Assembly: GCF_006345805.1 (NCBI RefSeq)
Contig: NC_043008.1
Coordinates: 66,340,001-66,404,000 of the forward strand
Reading direction: 5' to 3'
Length of the DNA stretch: 64,000 bases
Source of the DNA: Octopus sinensis
Lineage: Eukaryota
Shown in pieces: positions 37,923 to 51,222 of this stretch. The notes below the pieces were generated by a model that was not told where the DNA came from, ran no database searches, and worked only from the letters and a program-made list of their open reading frames with translations. A program made the position numbers and the translations under genes. How positions within the stretch are numbered: the stretch's first letter is position 1; each line of letters begins with the position of its first letter.

Positions 37923-38138
37923 TGGCAAGTTGGCAAAATTGTTAGCATGCCAGACTAAATGCTTAGCAACATTTTTCCACTTCTTTTCGATAAGTGTTCA
38001 AATTCCACTGAGGTCGACTTTGCTTTTCATCCTTTCAGGGTCAAAATAATAAGTACAATTTGAGCACTGGAGGTCAATGTAATTGACTTACCTCACCTCC
38101 TCCTAAAAATTCTGGGCCATGTGCCAAATTTTGAAACC
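37923..38138 (+). mobile_element. SINE family B, head-to-head with the previous copy
   Basis: tggcaagttggcaaaattgttagcatgcc...gaggtcgactttgcttttcatcc...gtgccaaattttgaaacc. Confidence 0.85.
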
Positions 38139-38271
38139 ATTTTTATTATTGTTGTCATCGTCACCATCACCACCATCTACATCTTCATTGTCATCATCAC
38201 CATCAGTGACATTATCAACATCACTACCATCTTCAAGATGGAACAGTGGTAAGTTTTTAATTGACTTTGTA

Positions 38272-38625
38272 TTGGGTTGTCTGGAAAGTTCGTGCCGATT
38301 TTTAAAGGAAAGAAAAAGGTCAATAAATATTTGCCATTACATTTTTAATCAATCAAATATGAACCATTTTGTTGCACAATGCGTCTCCATCTTTCCTTTA
38401 ACTTGAAAATACCCTCTCCCCAGAATTGAGATGGTTTCATGGCAAAGAATTCATCAAAGTATCTTTTTACGTCATCCAAGGAATTGAAATTTTTACCATT
38501 AAGACTATTCTGCAGAGACCTGAATAAGTGGAAATCTGAAGGAGCAATATCTGGTGAACATGGAGGGTGGGGTAACACATCCCAGCCATGCTGCAACAAT
38601 TTTTGTCTGGTTCCCAAAGCATTAA
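38272..38625 (-). mobile_element. Truncated DD34D mariner: 3' end with TIR and transposase C-terminus
   Basis: TA-ttgggttgtctggaaagttcgtgccgattt TIR; ORF 38345-38617 reads GWDVLPHPPCSPDIAPSDFHLFRSLQN...FKLKERWRRIVQQNGSYLID. Confidence 0.92.
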
Positions 38626-39362
38626 GTGCTGAAAATGACTTTCTTATCTTCTATTTTAAAGGGTTACAGAATTAACACAGGTTATAGGAACATAAACCTT
38701 CTTCCATGCAAAGATAGCTTAAACTGTGCTCTAAATGGAGGTGTAGTCAAATCCTATTTTATGGACTCAGCCATGTTCTAAAATAAGTCGAAAGGTGAAC
38801 TACTATAAATTGGCACAAACTTTCTGGACAACCTAATATGTAAGCTGTTCTTCATTCTCATTGGATAATGATTTCAGGAAAAGGCACAAACACCACAAGT
38901 TTTTATTTCACCCACGCATACAAATGTTACTGAGTGTCATCTGTGTGGGTTAGATAAGTCTTCCTGTTTACAACTATCACAGACTTGATCAGTAAAGAAG
39001 TGAAGAATGGGACAAGAGCTAGGAAACACTGAAGACTGTCATACAAATGTTATGTGTACAGATAAGCCTCTAAGAAAAGCATACTGCACTGAAGGTTTGA
39101 ATTTACTTGACACTCAAAAGGTACCAGTCCCGTTTCAAGTGGTCATTGTTACTGTATATGCTTGAATAAGCTCTTCAGTCCTACTCACCACACACATCCT
39201 GGTTTACTAGTTGGTTCCACCTTCACACTTCATATTTGAAAGTTCCGTTGTCGGAAAGTGTTGATCCGGCTTTCTGAAAAATACTTCTTCAAACAAGATG
39301 TAATCGCGCATCTTCTCCTGTTCAACCTATCACATTTGCTCACAATGAATCCTTTTATGTCT

Positions 39363-39722
39363 TACTGGTTTCAGTCATTGGACTATGGCCATGCTGGAGT
39401 ACTGCCTTTAAGGGTTTTAGTTGAACTCCAGTTTTTTTTTTTGTTTTTTTGTTTTTTTTTGTTAAGCTCCATACTTATTCTATCGGTCTCTTTGCTGAAA
39501 TACTAAGTTATAGGGATGTAAACAAACACTTGTTAGTTGTCAAGTGGTGTGGGAACATAGTTACACACACACACACACACACAAAGGGCTTCACACAGTT
39601 TCTATCTACCAAGTTCACTCTCAAGGGATTGGTTGGCCCAAGACTATAGTAGAAGATGCTTAGTCGACATGCTATGCAGTGGGACTGAACCCCAAACTAC
39701 ATGGTTACAAAGCAAGCTTTTT
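39363..39722 (-). mobile_element. SINE family A
   Basis: ggtttcagtcattggactatggccatgctggag...gggactgaacccc. Confidence 0.85.
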
Positions 39723-39777
39723 CATCTGTGTTTACTTAGAATTAAGATTATTTTTCAGACTATTAAGATCATCTTAA

Positions 39778-39998
39778 CCCTTTAGTGTTCACATTATTCT
39801 GCCAAAACTAATGCTTTTTTATCCTCATTGTTTTGAATTAATCATGCATTATCTTGTAGCTATGAGATTTTGATGAGGTAGCTGTTAATTTTTAAAACGA
39901 TATTGTAGGGTTGGTGTGAGAGACCAGATCTGGCCAGTTTGAACATAAAACAGGCAGAATACTTTTGGCCGGATATAGCCGGTTTAAATGCTAAAGGG
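39778..39998 (-). mobile_element. Complete TTAA piggyBac-like MITE
   Basis: TTAA (39774-39777), ccctttag...ctaaaggg, TTAA (39999-40002). Confidence 0.9.
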
Positions 39999-40227
39999 TT
40001 AAGATGTGTCGTATTCCTGGATATGTACATAAAACTGGATTGGTTTCAAGCTAGAAGCTTTCCTTTGAAACAAATGAGTCAGTGTCAGGAAGGATATTTG
40101 GCCATAGAAAATCTGCCTCAACAAATTGCATTTGACTCACGCAGATCTGGAAAAGTGAACATTAGAATGAAAATAACGTTATGACACATAGAGGTCAGCT
40201 ATGTACTCGTGTAGTATTAAGGTGCAT

Positions 40228-40515
40228 CAGTGATTCTTAAAGCGGGTGTACAACTCTCTTGAAGGCAGTATGAAGATAAAGGGAGGAAGGTATTGAAGAA
40301 AAGTGGGGCAATATTAGGGTGGCCCAAAAGGTGGTGATGGATGCAAAAACAACAAAATAATGGGTTAATTAGGTTGAGTTTTATTTGCGAAATGCAGTTG
40401 CTTTGAATATGATGCAGAAAGTTGTCTATGTTTGTCATGGTGAGTGGTGGAGATTGCTAGGAATGTGGCCTGAGTGCCAAGAGGGCAGCAGCCCGAAAAT
40501 GTTTAGGAATCATTG
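40228..40515. mobile_element. hAT-type MITE
   Basis: TIRs cagtgattcttaaa / tttaggaatcattg; putative 8-bp TSD aggtgcat versus gggtacgt, differing only by transitions. Confidence 0.7.
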
Positions 40516-41149
40516 GGGTACGTAAAGATGTTGGCCAAACACTCACTGAATGTTATGGTGCATAAAGTAGTTAACCAAATGTGACACAGTATTACACATT
40601 GAACTACAAGTGTGTAAAGTAGTAACTTCAACAGCTCTACTCCTTCGCCATCCCTCTATCTCTTACTCACACTCATACACCCCATCCCTCTTTCACACAT
40701 CAAGTGGCCACTTAGAAAATTGAAACACTCATGCTAATGCCTTTACCCTACAATGTTCTTTGTCATAATTGTTTTCTATATAAGATGGAAAGCTGGCAGA
40801 ATTGTTATTGTACCAAGCAAAATGCTTAGCAGTATATTGCTTATCTTTACATTCTGAGTTCAAATTCTGCCAAAGTTAACTTAGCCCTTCATTCTTTTGG
40901 AGTCAATAAATTAAGTACCGGTTCAGCCCTGAAGATCGATGTAATAACCTGACACCCTGCCCTGAACTTGCTAGCCTTAGCAAGACCACAACTTGAAGCT
41001 GAAACTTTTTTAAGATTTTAAAGATATATATATGTATGTGTTTGTGTGTATAATATAAATGATATATAAATATATGCTTATACACATATATGTACATACC
41101 TACGTATATATGTATATATACAGGCATATATGGGTATAGGTCATCAAAG

Positions 41150-41400
41150 ACACGTTGAACACAATGAGAAACGAAAACATAAAAACAAAAATATAGAAAC
41201 AACCTTTTTTTCAAACAACGAAAAAAACAGAGAAACGAGACATACAACACAAGGAGTAATCCCCTTCTTCAGCTGTCCCTGTTTCATCTACTCTACGTTT
41301 CGAAGGTAAGGACAAGACACGACTTCATTGAAACAGTCCTTCCTGCAAAGCAAATTAAATAAAATTTGGGATTTTTTTGCGGAGGGTGAAAGTGGTAACA
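41150..41400 (-). mobile_element. Penelope-terminal-like repeat with a degenerate hammerhead-like motif
   Basis: Minus strand ...caatGAAG tcgtgtcttgtccttac CTTC GAAAC GTA GAG (41291-41334); CpG-rich and adjacent to TA repeats. Confidence 0.4.
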
Positions 41401-41749
41401 AGAACAGGACAGTGAGAACAAAACAGTAAAAGCAATAAAAAAGTTAAAACAGTAAAAGACAGAACAAGGAGAACAAAACAGTAAAAACAAATGATGAGGA
41501 CTGTTAAGCCAAGACGATGGAAAAATTATTCTGAGCACTTAATAAGATGAGCTTATGAAGAGACAGGATAAGCTTGTTTAGTCTTTGCGAAGGTAGTAGT
41601 CGGAAAGATTATAACTTTTATTGTGTGATATTGCATTGATAGTGCATAGTAATAATACACTGTAATGAGAGAAATTTAATGCAAGACAGGATTTAATTAT
41701 GCAGTTGTATATATATGTATATATATATACACACTAGTCGCCTTGATAG

Positions 41750-41942
41750 ATCGTTAGCCACTACACACATTTTTTTCTCTCCTTGTTTCTCTCCTTGTTT
41801 TTTTTCTGTGTTCCTTTCTGTAGAAAAGCGTAGGCTCAAAACGTAAAAGACTTCTTCTATTCCTGAGCGTTATACTAATACATCTATTTGTTTTGTACAC
41901 CACCTGTCTTCGTCTTTTGTTTTTTCGTAACCTCTCCCTATA

Positions 41943-41945
<3 letters not shown>
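41750..41945 (+). mobile_element. Family H2 repeat with a decayed hammerhead
   Basis: CCTTT-CTGTAGA-AAAGC-GTAG-GCTC-AAAAC-GTA-AAAG at 41813-41850; ends in (TA)n. Confidence 0.65.
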
Positions 41946-41978
<33 letters not shown>

Positions 41979-42191
41979 CACATACAGTAATCCCTTAACT
42001 ATCACGGGTGTTACGTTCCAAAACCACCCTGCAATGGGTGAAAATCCACAAAGTAAAAACTGTACTGTATTTTATTTTTTTATAAATTGTATGTATTTAT
42101 TATAAATGCAAAACAACACCCACGGAGGAATCGACGTAAGCTTAAATAATTAACCGTGATAGGTGAACTGCGATATGGCGAGGAATTGCTG

Positions 42192-42227
<36 letters not shown>

Positions 42228-42235
42228 TACATAGC

Positions 42236-42618
42236 ACAGGCGTGGCTGTGTGAGAAGAAGCTTGCTTCCCAACCACATGGTTCTGAGTTCAGTTCCACTG
42301 CGTGGCACCTTGGGTTAGTGTCTTCTACTATAGCTTCAGGCCAACCAAAGCCTTGTAAGTGGATTTGGTAGACAGAAACTGAAAGAAGCCCGTCTTATAT
42401 AATATATATATGTGTGTGTGTCTGTGTTTGTCCCCCCCACCATCGCTTGACAACTGATGTTGGTGTGTTTATGTCCCCTTAACTTAGTGGTTCAGCAAAA
42501 GAGTCTGATAGAATAAGTACTAGGTATGAAAAGAATAAGTCCTGGGGTCGATTTGTTTGACTAAAGGCAGTGCTTCAGCATGGCCGCAGTCAGATGACTG
42601 AAATAAAAGAATAGAAGA
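42236..42618 (+). mobile_element. SINE family A, full length
   Basis: acaggcgtggctgtgtg...gttcagttccactgcgtggcacc...gactgaaataaaaga. Confidence 0.9.
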
Positions 42619-43039
42619 ATGCAAACAGATATATGTATGCACGTACAGTGGGCGGAAGCCTTTTCAATAGCTGGTTGATAACATTATCTTTAGCTATAAC
42701 TAGCTGCCATCACATATGTATGCTTGTGTGTGTGTGTATGTGTGTATATATCTATATATATATCTATATATATATATATATAATCAGAAGTTCAACATTT
42801 GATACTCTCTGTTCACCATTTTGGACAAAGACCTTCAAGGAGAAACCACCTCACCCACCCGGCCTCACCACAAATCCACCCCCTTTCTAAATATCAATTA
42901 TACTTCTTTCGTTTCTGTTTTCTTATTTATGACAAGAAGTATGATATCCATCTGTCTCTCTATGTCTGTCTACGTCTGCCTGTCTGTCTATCTGATGTGT
43001 GTATGGCTGTGCATAGACACTACTTTCTATTCATTCTGT

Positions 43040-43277
43040 GTGTGTGTGTATATGTACATATATATACGTGTGTGTGTCTATGTCTATATATATATATATA
43101 TAATATATATATATTTGTATGTATATATGTATGTATATATATATATAAATATATTTGTATGTATATATGTATGCATGTATATATATATATATTGTATGTA
43201 TGTTATATATATATATATATGTATGCATGTATATATATATATATATGTATGCATGTATATATATATATATTTGTATG

Positions 43278-43318
<41 letters not shown>

Positions 43319-43720
43319 TATATTTGTATGTATGTATATATTTTGTATGTATGTATGTATGTATATTTGTATGTATGTATATTTGTATGTATGTATGTAC
43401 GTATGTATATTTGCATGTATGTATGTACGTATATATATTTGTATGTATATATATATATATTTGTATGTATGTATGTGTGTATATATATATATATTTGTAT
43501 GTATGTATGTATATGTATATATATATATTTGTATGTATATATGTACATGTATGTATGTATATGTATATATATATATTTGTATGTATATATGTACGTGTGT
43601 GTATATATGTATATATATATATTTGTATGTATATATGTACGTGTGTGTGTATATGTATATATATATATTTGTATGTATATATATATATATATATATATAT
43701 TTATACACACACATATTATA
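43040..43720. repeat. Compound TA/TATG microsatellite with recurrent atatatatttgtatgt units
   Basis: Seen directly. Confidence 0.97.
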
Positions 43721-46044
43721 TATTATCATTCAACTTATTTTTTATATTTATGTAGTTGATATTAGTAATTTTGCTTTTTAGTATTGCTACTGTCTTCATT
43801 GTTCCACCACTACTACTATTGTCTCTACCACTACTATTATTAGCACATTGGTACCATCAGCTCCACTACCGCCACTACCATCTCCAATTCCTCACTAATT
43901 TGGTCTTATAGATTCAGACTCATAGTTGTTATTAAGCTGTTTTTAATCAGGTCCAAATTGCACCTTGTTCATGTTAATTGTCTTTAAAATTACAGGTGTT
44001 GATTGCTTTCTGTTAATTATTCTACTGCCCAAAGTTATGCCCTCCTATACAATTACTAACCACCACCGCTAACAACAACAATGACAACAAGAACGCCAAT
44101 ACTACATAAACTAGCAAGTGTTTTGACCTGATCAGAATAGTAACCAAATCTCCTTATGACAAGCTCTTTAACATTTCTGAAATAGGGTCCACAGATTTTA
44201 AATCTTTCAGGCTTGACTACATTAATAGGGTTTCTGTTGGCTTTCAGTCCAGTTGACTGAATTAGTTACCTTTTGATTGAACTAACGCATGAGTAGGTTG
44301 AATATTCTGCAAACACATGTACCTTGGACATGCTTCTCTGGTAGAATCACCTGAGATTCTTCCTGAGCATGATATAATGTGACAAGGTTGAATCTTTGAA
44401 TCATAGGTACAATTCATCCAGCAGACATCAATACAGTTTCTGTTTACCTAATTACACTCAGGAAACTGGGAAACCGGCCCTTATGAGCCAAGCATGGCTC
44501 GAGAAGGAACAAGCACATCTAAAGCTGCAGAGATTTCATCAAGGAAGGATTTGTATTTGCCCTCGCTATTTGGTGTGTAAATTTGCAACCAACAGCCACA
44601 CCAGTCCTTCTTTCAGCCTAAGTTTCAGGAGGCAAACCCTCCTACTTTGGTTTGATCTACTCCATAAGACAATCTGACTGCAGGGACTTGGGACTTGTTA
44701 GTATCTCCAATTACGTCTGTGTGGACATAGTTGGCACCATATCTGAATAACTCATGTTTTTTGAGACAGATTAAGGATGAACAACATTATTTGTATGACA
44801 ATGATACTCACACTCTCATTTGCACTTGCACACAAGCACACACAAATGCACTTGCACACACACACAAACATACATACACGCACACATACATACACACACA
44901 TACACATACACACAAATACACACACACACATACAAACACACTTACACACGCAAACACAAACATACACATACACATATATGTATACAACAGGCTTCTTTCA
45001 GTTTCCGTCTACCAAATCTACTTATAAGGCTTCGGTCAGACTGGAGCTGTCGAAAGTGTCACATAGCGTAATTAAACCTAAGACTAAATGACTCAGATGC
45101 AAGTTTCTTAATCTCACAGCATCCAATATTTTTTCAAAAACTGTTCCAAGAAACCCTTTATAAACAAAATTCCTTTATACATTTCATAGAACATAGATAT
45201 AACAGATACTTCCCATTAAGCCAAAGCCAAATGGAAATTGGAAGCTGAAAGTGGAATTCAAATCAAAATTTTAAGAAATACAAAATAGGAAATAAATTGT
45301 AATATTGCTTTCAAATTTTGGCACAAGGCCAGCAAATTTGGAGGAGGAGCTAAGTCAATAACATTGACCCCAGTGCTCAACTGGTACTAATTTTATCAAC
45401 CACTAAAGAACAAAAGGCAAAGTCGGCCTCAACAGAATTTGAACTCAGAATGCAAAGACAGACAAAATGCTGCTGAGCAATTTTACTTCATTTTGCCTGG
45501 TGTGCTAACAAATTGTAATATTAAATTAATAAATTACAATATTAAAATTTTCTCTTACTTGCAAATTGAATTTTGACTTTGAGTTCAAATTTCAAATGCT
45601 ATTTAAAAACACTGTTAATCAAATTAATAACCAAATAAATTGAATCCATGGTTTTAATATAGAATGTATTAAATTTGGTTTATTATTTTTAGCACTATTT
45701 TCTTATTAGTGTTTGGATTTGTTAACTATGTTTCTTTCAATACCATCCATTAATTCCTTTCCAGGCTTTTATAAATTGCTGTTAACTCTTAACTTAGGTT
45801 AAAGCCATGTTTAAGGGGATATTTTTTCTTGCTTGGATATCATACAGTTTGAATGAGAGGCACAAACCTGGTTGTGTGGTTAAGAAGTTTGCTTCTCAAT
45901 CATGTGGTTGTGGGTTCAGTTTCACTGCATAACATCATGGAGAAGTGATCAGTCCTGGGCTGAACAAAGTCTTGTGAGTGAATTTGCTAGAGAGACTAAA
46001 AGAAGCCCATAGTGTGTGCATGTATGTGTATATATATATATATA

Positions 46045-46330
46045 TACACGCACACCTTCGTTCTGGGATCACCACTATTTTATTATCTCCCCTTCTCCCT
46101 ATCTCTCCTGTGTGACCCTTCTGTCCAGCATTTGCCATGATAGATCGTTAGCCACTACACATTCTTTATTTTTCTCTCCTTGTTTCTTTCTGTGTTCCTT
46201 TCTGTGGAAGAGCATAGGCTCGAAACATGAAAAACTTTTTCACGTCCCAAGCATTATACTAATACATTTGTTTGTTGTCTACACCACCTGTCTTCATCCT
46301 TTGGTTTTTTTTTTGTGAATTCTCCCTATT
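46045..46330 (+). mobile_element. Family H2 repeat with a decayed hammerhead
   Basis: CCTTT-CTGTGGA-AGAGC-ATAG-GCTC-GAAAC-ATG-AAAA at 46197-46236; shares tagatcgttagccactacac with 41750. Confidence 0.65.
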
Positions 46331-46852
46331 TATATATATGTGTGTGTATATTTGTGTCTCTTTGTTTCACATAGTGTAATAGTTGTAAATGAGTGTCACT
46401 GTCATACAAGCAGTGTCCTTCATTTCCAATACTCTGCAAAAACATGTCTGGCCATGGAAAATATTAAATGACTTCAAAACAGATGAGGGTTGGTGACAGG
46501 AAAGGCATCTGACCGCAGACGCATAGCACACAGTGCACCTGTTCAATGTTGACTTGATGGAGAGAGTGAGCTAATGTGTGGCACGAAAATTTGATCACTA
46601 TAAACAAAGCATTTATGCAGGTTGTTTAGCAAGAAGCTGAATGCTCATACGGTGTCTTCAGGAGAGTCCATTATATATAGGTGCAGGCACGACTGTGCAA
46701 TTAAGAATTTTCAGGTTCAGTTGTGTTGCACAGCACTTTGGACAAATATATTCTATAACCGTGAGCTAACCAGTGCCATATGTGTAAATTTGATAGACAG
46801 AAACTGAGTGGATGCTTATCATTTGCACCTCTGCCCATCCACCAACACTGCT

Positions 46853-47170
46853 TTTTTATTTTTTATTTCTGTGCCCTTTTCAAGCCTAGCCAGGCTCATG
46901 GGCCCGGTTTCCTGGTTTCTGTGGCATATGTGTACCCCCCAGCTGGACGGAAGGCCAGTCCATCACAGCGTTACCCAAGATACAGGAAGAAAGAGTGAGA
47001 GAAAGTTGGGGCAAAGAGTGCAACAGGGGCCGCCACCACCCCCTGCCAGAGCCTCGTGGAGTTTTAGGTGTTTTCACTCAATAAACTCACACAACGCCCA
47101 GTCTGGAGATCGAAACTGTGATCCTCCAACCGCGAGTCCGCTGCCATAACCACTGGGCCATTGCACCTCC
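46853..47170 (-). mobile_element. tRNA-headed SINE related to family D, relatively young
   Basis: Minus strand ggaggtgcaatggcccagtggttatggcagcggactcgcgg...gtttcgatctccagac (A/B-box-like), with a body and tail. Confidence 0.88.
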
Positions 47171-47633
47171 ACCCAACACTGCTTTACAACAGTATTAGTA
47201 TGCTTATGTCACCGTAACTTAGTAGCTTAGTAAAAAGTGGTTGATAGAATAAGCATAAGATTGAAAATAATTACTGGGACTGACTTGTTCTACTAAACCC
47301 TTTGAAATGGTGCTTCACCATAGCTGCAGTCCAATGACTGAAAACCTGTAAAAGAAAATATATAATTTGCAATCTGTATCTCGAGCTGTGTTTTATATAT
47401 TCTGGCTCTGACAGAAATAGCTGCAACTTCACCCTACTTTCTTATGAAATTATATAGGTGTCTCTGAGCCAACAGGGGCACCTTTACTTAGTTACGATAT
47501 CTGCTAGAAATAGCAGCCGCATCTTCCATACACTACAAACCACCATTATATGTCTGTGAATCTATATAAATATTTATATGTGTAAAGTATATATGTGAGT
47601 CAACACTGGAGTATCTTTTACTCTCTCGACGCT

Positions 47634-47682
<49 letters not shown>

Positions 47683-47961
47683 AAGAAGTTGCAGCCAAAT
47701 CTCCCTCAAATTTCACTCTCGTGTGTCTCAGGTTTTTATAAGTATCTGTTATATATGTGTATGTTCTGTCTTAATAATCAGGGATAACTTGCTACCTCAG
47801 TTAGTACTATGTATTTATATATATATACACATATATATATACACGTCAATTGAAATGTAAGCTACACCTCTTTAATAAACATACAATTGTAGCCTCGCAT
47901 CAGAAAGTAAACAGTGGTTACATTACAATAATTCATTATGGCTTCAGCATAGAGATTAAGA

Positions 47962-48002
<41 letters not shown>

Positions 48003-50990
48003 GTAAATATATTGCATTTATTATTTTTACCGCTGAATTCCTGTCTAAAATGTAGATGTGACAGCAGCGCTCTGCTGGGGTTTTCATGTAAAAATGTGTA
48101 AATGAAGGTCACTGTGACATAACACCCTAATTTTTTTCTTTTCTTTTCTTAATTTTTTTGCATTGCCATTTAACCTTAAAAGGGTTACTCACATCAAGTT
48201 GTCTATTTTGGGTGCCTGTTTATGTATTCCTCTAAGTTATTCTGTAGTCTTGATTCTCCCCTTCGAATTGCATTAAGGTCCACTTAACTTTACAGCCCAC
48301 CAGGTGTGTATATATATATATGTGTGTCAATGCATGCACACGTGTGTGTGTGTGTATACATGTCTATGTGTGTATGTGTATACACACAATGTGTTTGTGT
48401 GGTTGTCGTGTGTTGCTACTACCCTGTTTTGATATTTTTGGTAATCCCCCAATATCTATGTTATGTTTTGTTCTGTTGCATCTGTATTGCATCACCATGC
48501 ATTATGTACATTGCGTAAAAGAAAGTATTTGATGTTTAACATTATCTCGTATGCATTAGATTCGGTTCCTTAATCTTCTTCAGCTGTCGTTTATTGGTAG
48601 CAAGGGAATAACTGAAATGTGTGTAGGTGTGAAGATTTTATGTTGGGGGGTTGTTCGGTAATTGATGTATGTGATTTTTCTTTGTTGATCACGATATTGA
48701 TGATGATGATGTTAGTAGTTTTAGTAGTAATAGTAGAATTAGTTGTATTGGTGGTGATGGTGTTGTTTTGCTTTTGTCTATTTTTTGTAGTTGTCTGAAT
48801 TCATTTAGAGAGTACTTGCCAATTCTCACACATACAAACATAGATCTTTTGTAAAATGCCTTCGGGAGAAGTTCTCACTGGAAAACAAATGACTCTTGTA
48901 TTTATGTTTATAGAGAAAGTCCTTGATAAATCTACACTCACAGCTTTGTAACTGAGAATATAGAAAAGCATGTTGTGAGTGTTAAGTTGATGCTAGGATG
49001 GGATTTTAATGAAGACTATAATGTACAGGGGGTGTCCATCAAGATTCTATCCTCAATCATCTTTTTTATTTTTAGATATTCACGTATGAAGTCAAGTGTT
49101 GGTGGTTTGAGGAGAATCTGTAAGAATATGTCTAAGATTTGCTTATGTGAAAAGATGGTTTCATACTTGGTAAATTGAGTTTTTCGATTTGTAGGTGAGT
49201 TAGCTGTCCATGGTAGACGTAAGTGATGAATGATGTAGGAAGATATTTGTTGAAGTTCTTTTTGCAACCACATGGTTTTTGGTTCAGTCCCACACTGTTT
49301 CAGTGGCTGTTCCAATGCCTTGTTTGTGAAATTTGTATATATATATATAGATATATATAACAGTAAGGATATATATGTGTGTGTATATATAAAAGGAAAA
49401 ATGTGGCATAGAGATATGACAACGGAATTCACAAAAGAAAAATACAGCAAAAGAAGCAATAGACACAGAAAAGCTGAACCCTTCATTAGTTGCCAGCCAG
49501 ATATCATTATAATTTTGACACCTTTCTGTAATATATATGTATGTGTATGTGTGTGTGCAATCATAGGTTTAATGTTCCCTTTACAATAATGGCCTTCAGT
49601 TGGTCATAATGGCCTTACAGATGATCATTGGTGGTCTTCCTCATCTCTCGGGAGGCTCTCTACCACAACATTTTTGGAATCACCATGCCATATGTTCAGT
49701 TGTTGTATGCAGTTTAAGTTGCATTTTATTACATTTTGAATGTATAAAATGTCTTGTATGAATGTATAAAATGTCTTGTATTAGCTCTCATCATCCATCT
49801 TAAATTTGAAAGCCAAAAAATAACAAGCAATGAAAGCAAAACTACAGAAATCAGTACATATGTATGTATAGTTATATTGAAAATTCATTGAAACACTGAA
49901 GCCATCTGCTGTCTGTGTTAGAACTGTCATCACAAAAGAATTAAAGAAATATTTCTATATTTTAGCTAAAATACTTGGGTAGGATCCAATGAAAGCAGTA
50001 ATGCTGTCTACATACTAACATCAGTTCAGACAAATAAAAGAGAGAAAAAAAATTCCCAGAATGGAATAAGTTTCTGTTATTCTCTTATACAATAAAAGAA
50101 TTCTAGTATTTAAAAGTGTTGAGTACTTTCTCAGAAATGTTATAACTTTTTTCCATTCATGGCCAGATACTTTTCTTCCATTTTGTGATTTCAGCTATAT
50201 TTGTTTATCTGTTGGTTTCCAGTTTGTTTGTTGGTTAATTTGTTTCTTTCTCCCCGTCTTTATTACTTTTTTTACTTGTTTCTCTTTTATTCCTGACCCT
50301 CTTCTTTCACCCCCCTTCCTTTGCACCTGTCTTTCCTTCTTTCCCTTCTTTAGAATGAAGGGTAAAAACCCCCTTTGGTCATGACCATGGGATTGTACCT
50401 AGAAAGTTCTCTCTCTGAGGCACAAGTCCAAGAAAGGTTCAGCCTTTTAATGCCACCAATGTTATCCAAGGGAAAGGCAAAGGCCAATACAGCTTGCAAC
50501 TCATTTCTGCAGATGAGTGATCTGGTATAATGTGAAATAAAGTGTCTTGCTTAAGAACACAACACACAGCCTAGTCTGGGATTTGAACTCACAACCTCAC
50601 GATTGTGCACCTGTGTGTGTGGGCACGCATATATGTATGCATATATAAAGCTTGTGTGTATGTGCATGTATATATTTGTATGTGTGTGTGTGTGTCTCTC
50701 TCTCTCCTTTCTTTGATATTGCATGATAATCGTAAACAAGTGTCACCATCATACAAGCAACACCATTCATTTCCAATCTTCCATGAAAACATATCCAGCC
50801 ATGAGGGAAATATTTTCTGCAGCCATATGCCCTTCTTGTCACCAACACTTACCTATTGCTTGGAAACAATGAGGGTTAATAACAGGTAGAGCAACCAACT
50901 GTAGAAAATTTGCCCCATTGAATTCTGCCTGAACCATGCAAGCATAGAAAATTGGATTTTAAAATGGCAATAATGACATACCATGTTTCT

Positions 50991-51222
50991 TATTTCTTTA
51001 CTACCCACAAGGGGCTAAACACAGAGGGGACAAACAAGGACAGACAAACAGATTAAGTCGATTACATCGACCTCAGTGCGTAACTGGTACTTAATTTATT
51101 GACCCCGAAAGGATGAAAGGCAAAGTCGACCTCGGCGGAATATGAACTCAGAACGTAAAGGCAGACGAAATACCGCTAAGCACTTCGCCCGGCGTGCTAA
51201 CAATTCTGCCAGCTCGCCGCCT
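50991..51222 (-). mobile_element. Young SINE family B with TSD
   Basis: Most CpGs retained; accatgtttct at 50980-50990 and 51232-51242. Confidence 0.92.

Noticed and set aside
49738-49782. Perfect 22-bp tandem duplication (also a 19-bp direct repeat at 32546-32586)
   Set aside because: Ordinary slippage duplications with no further structure.
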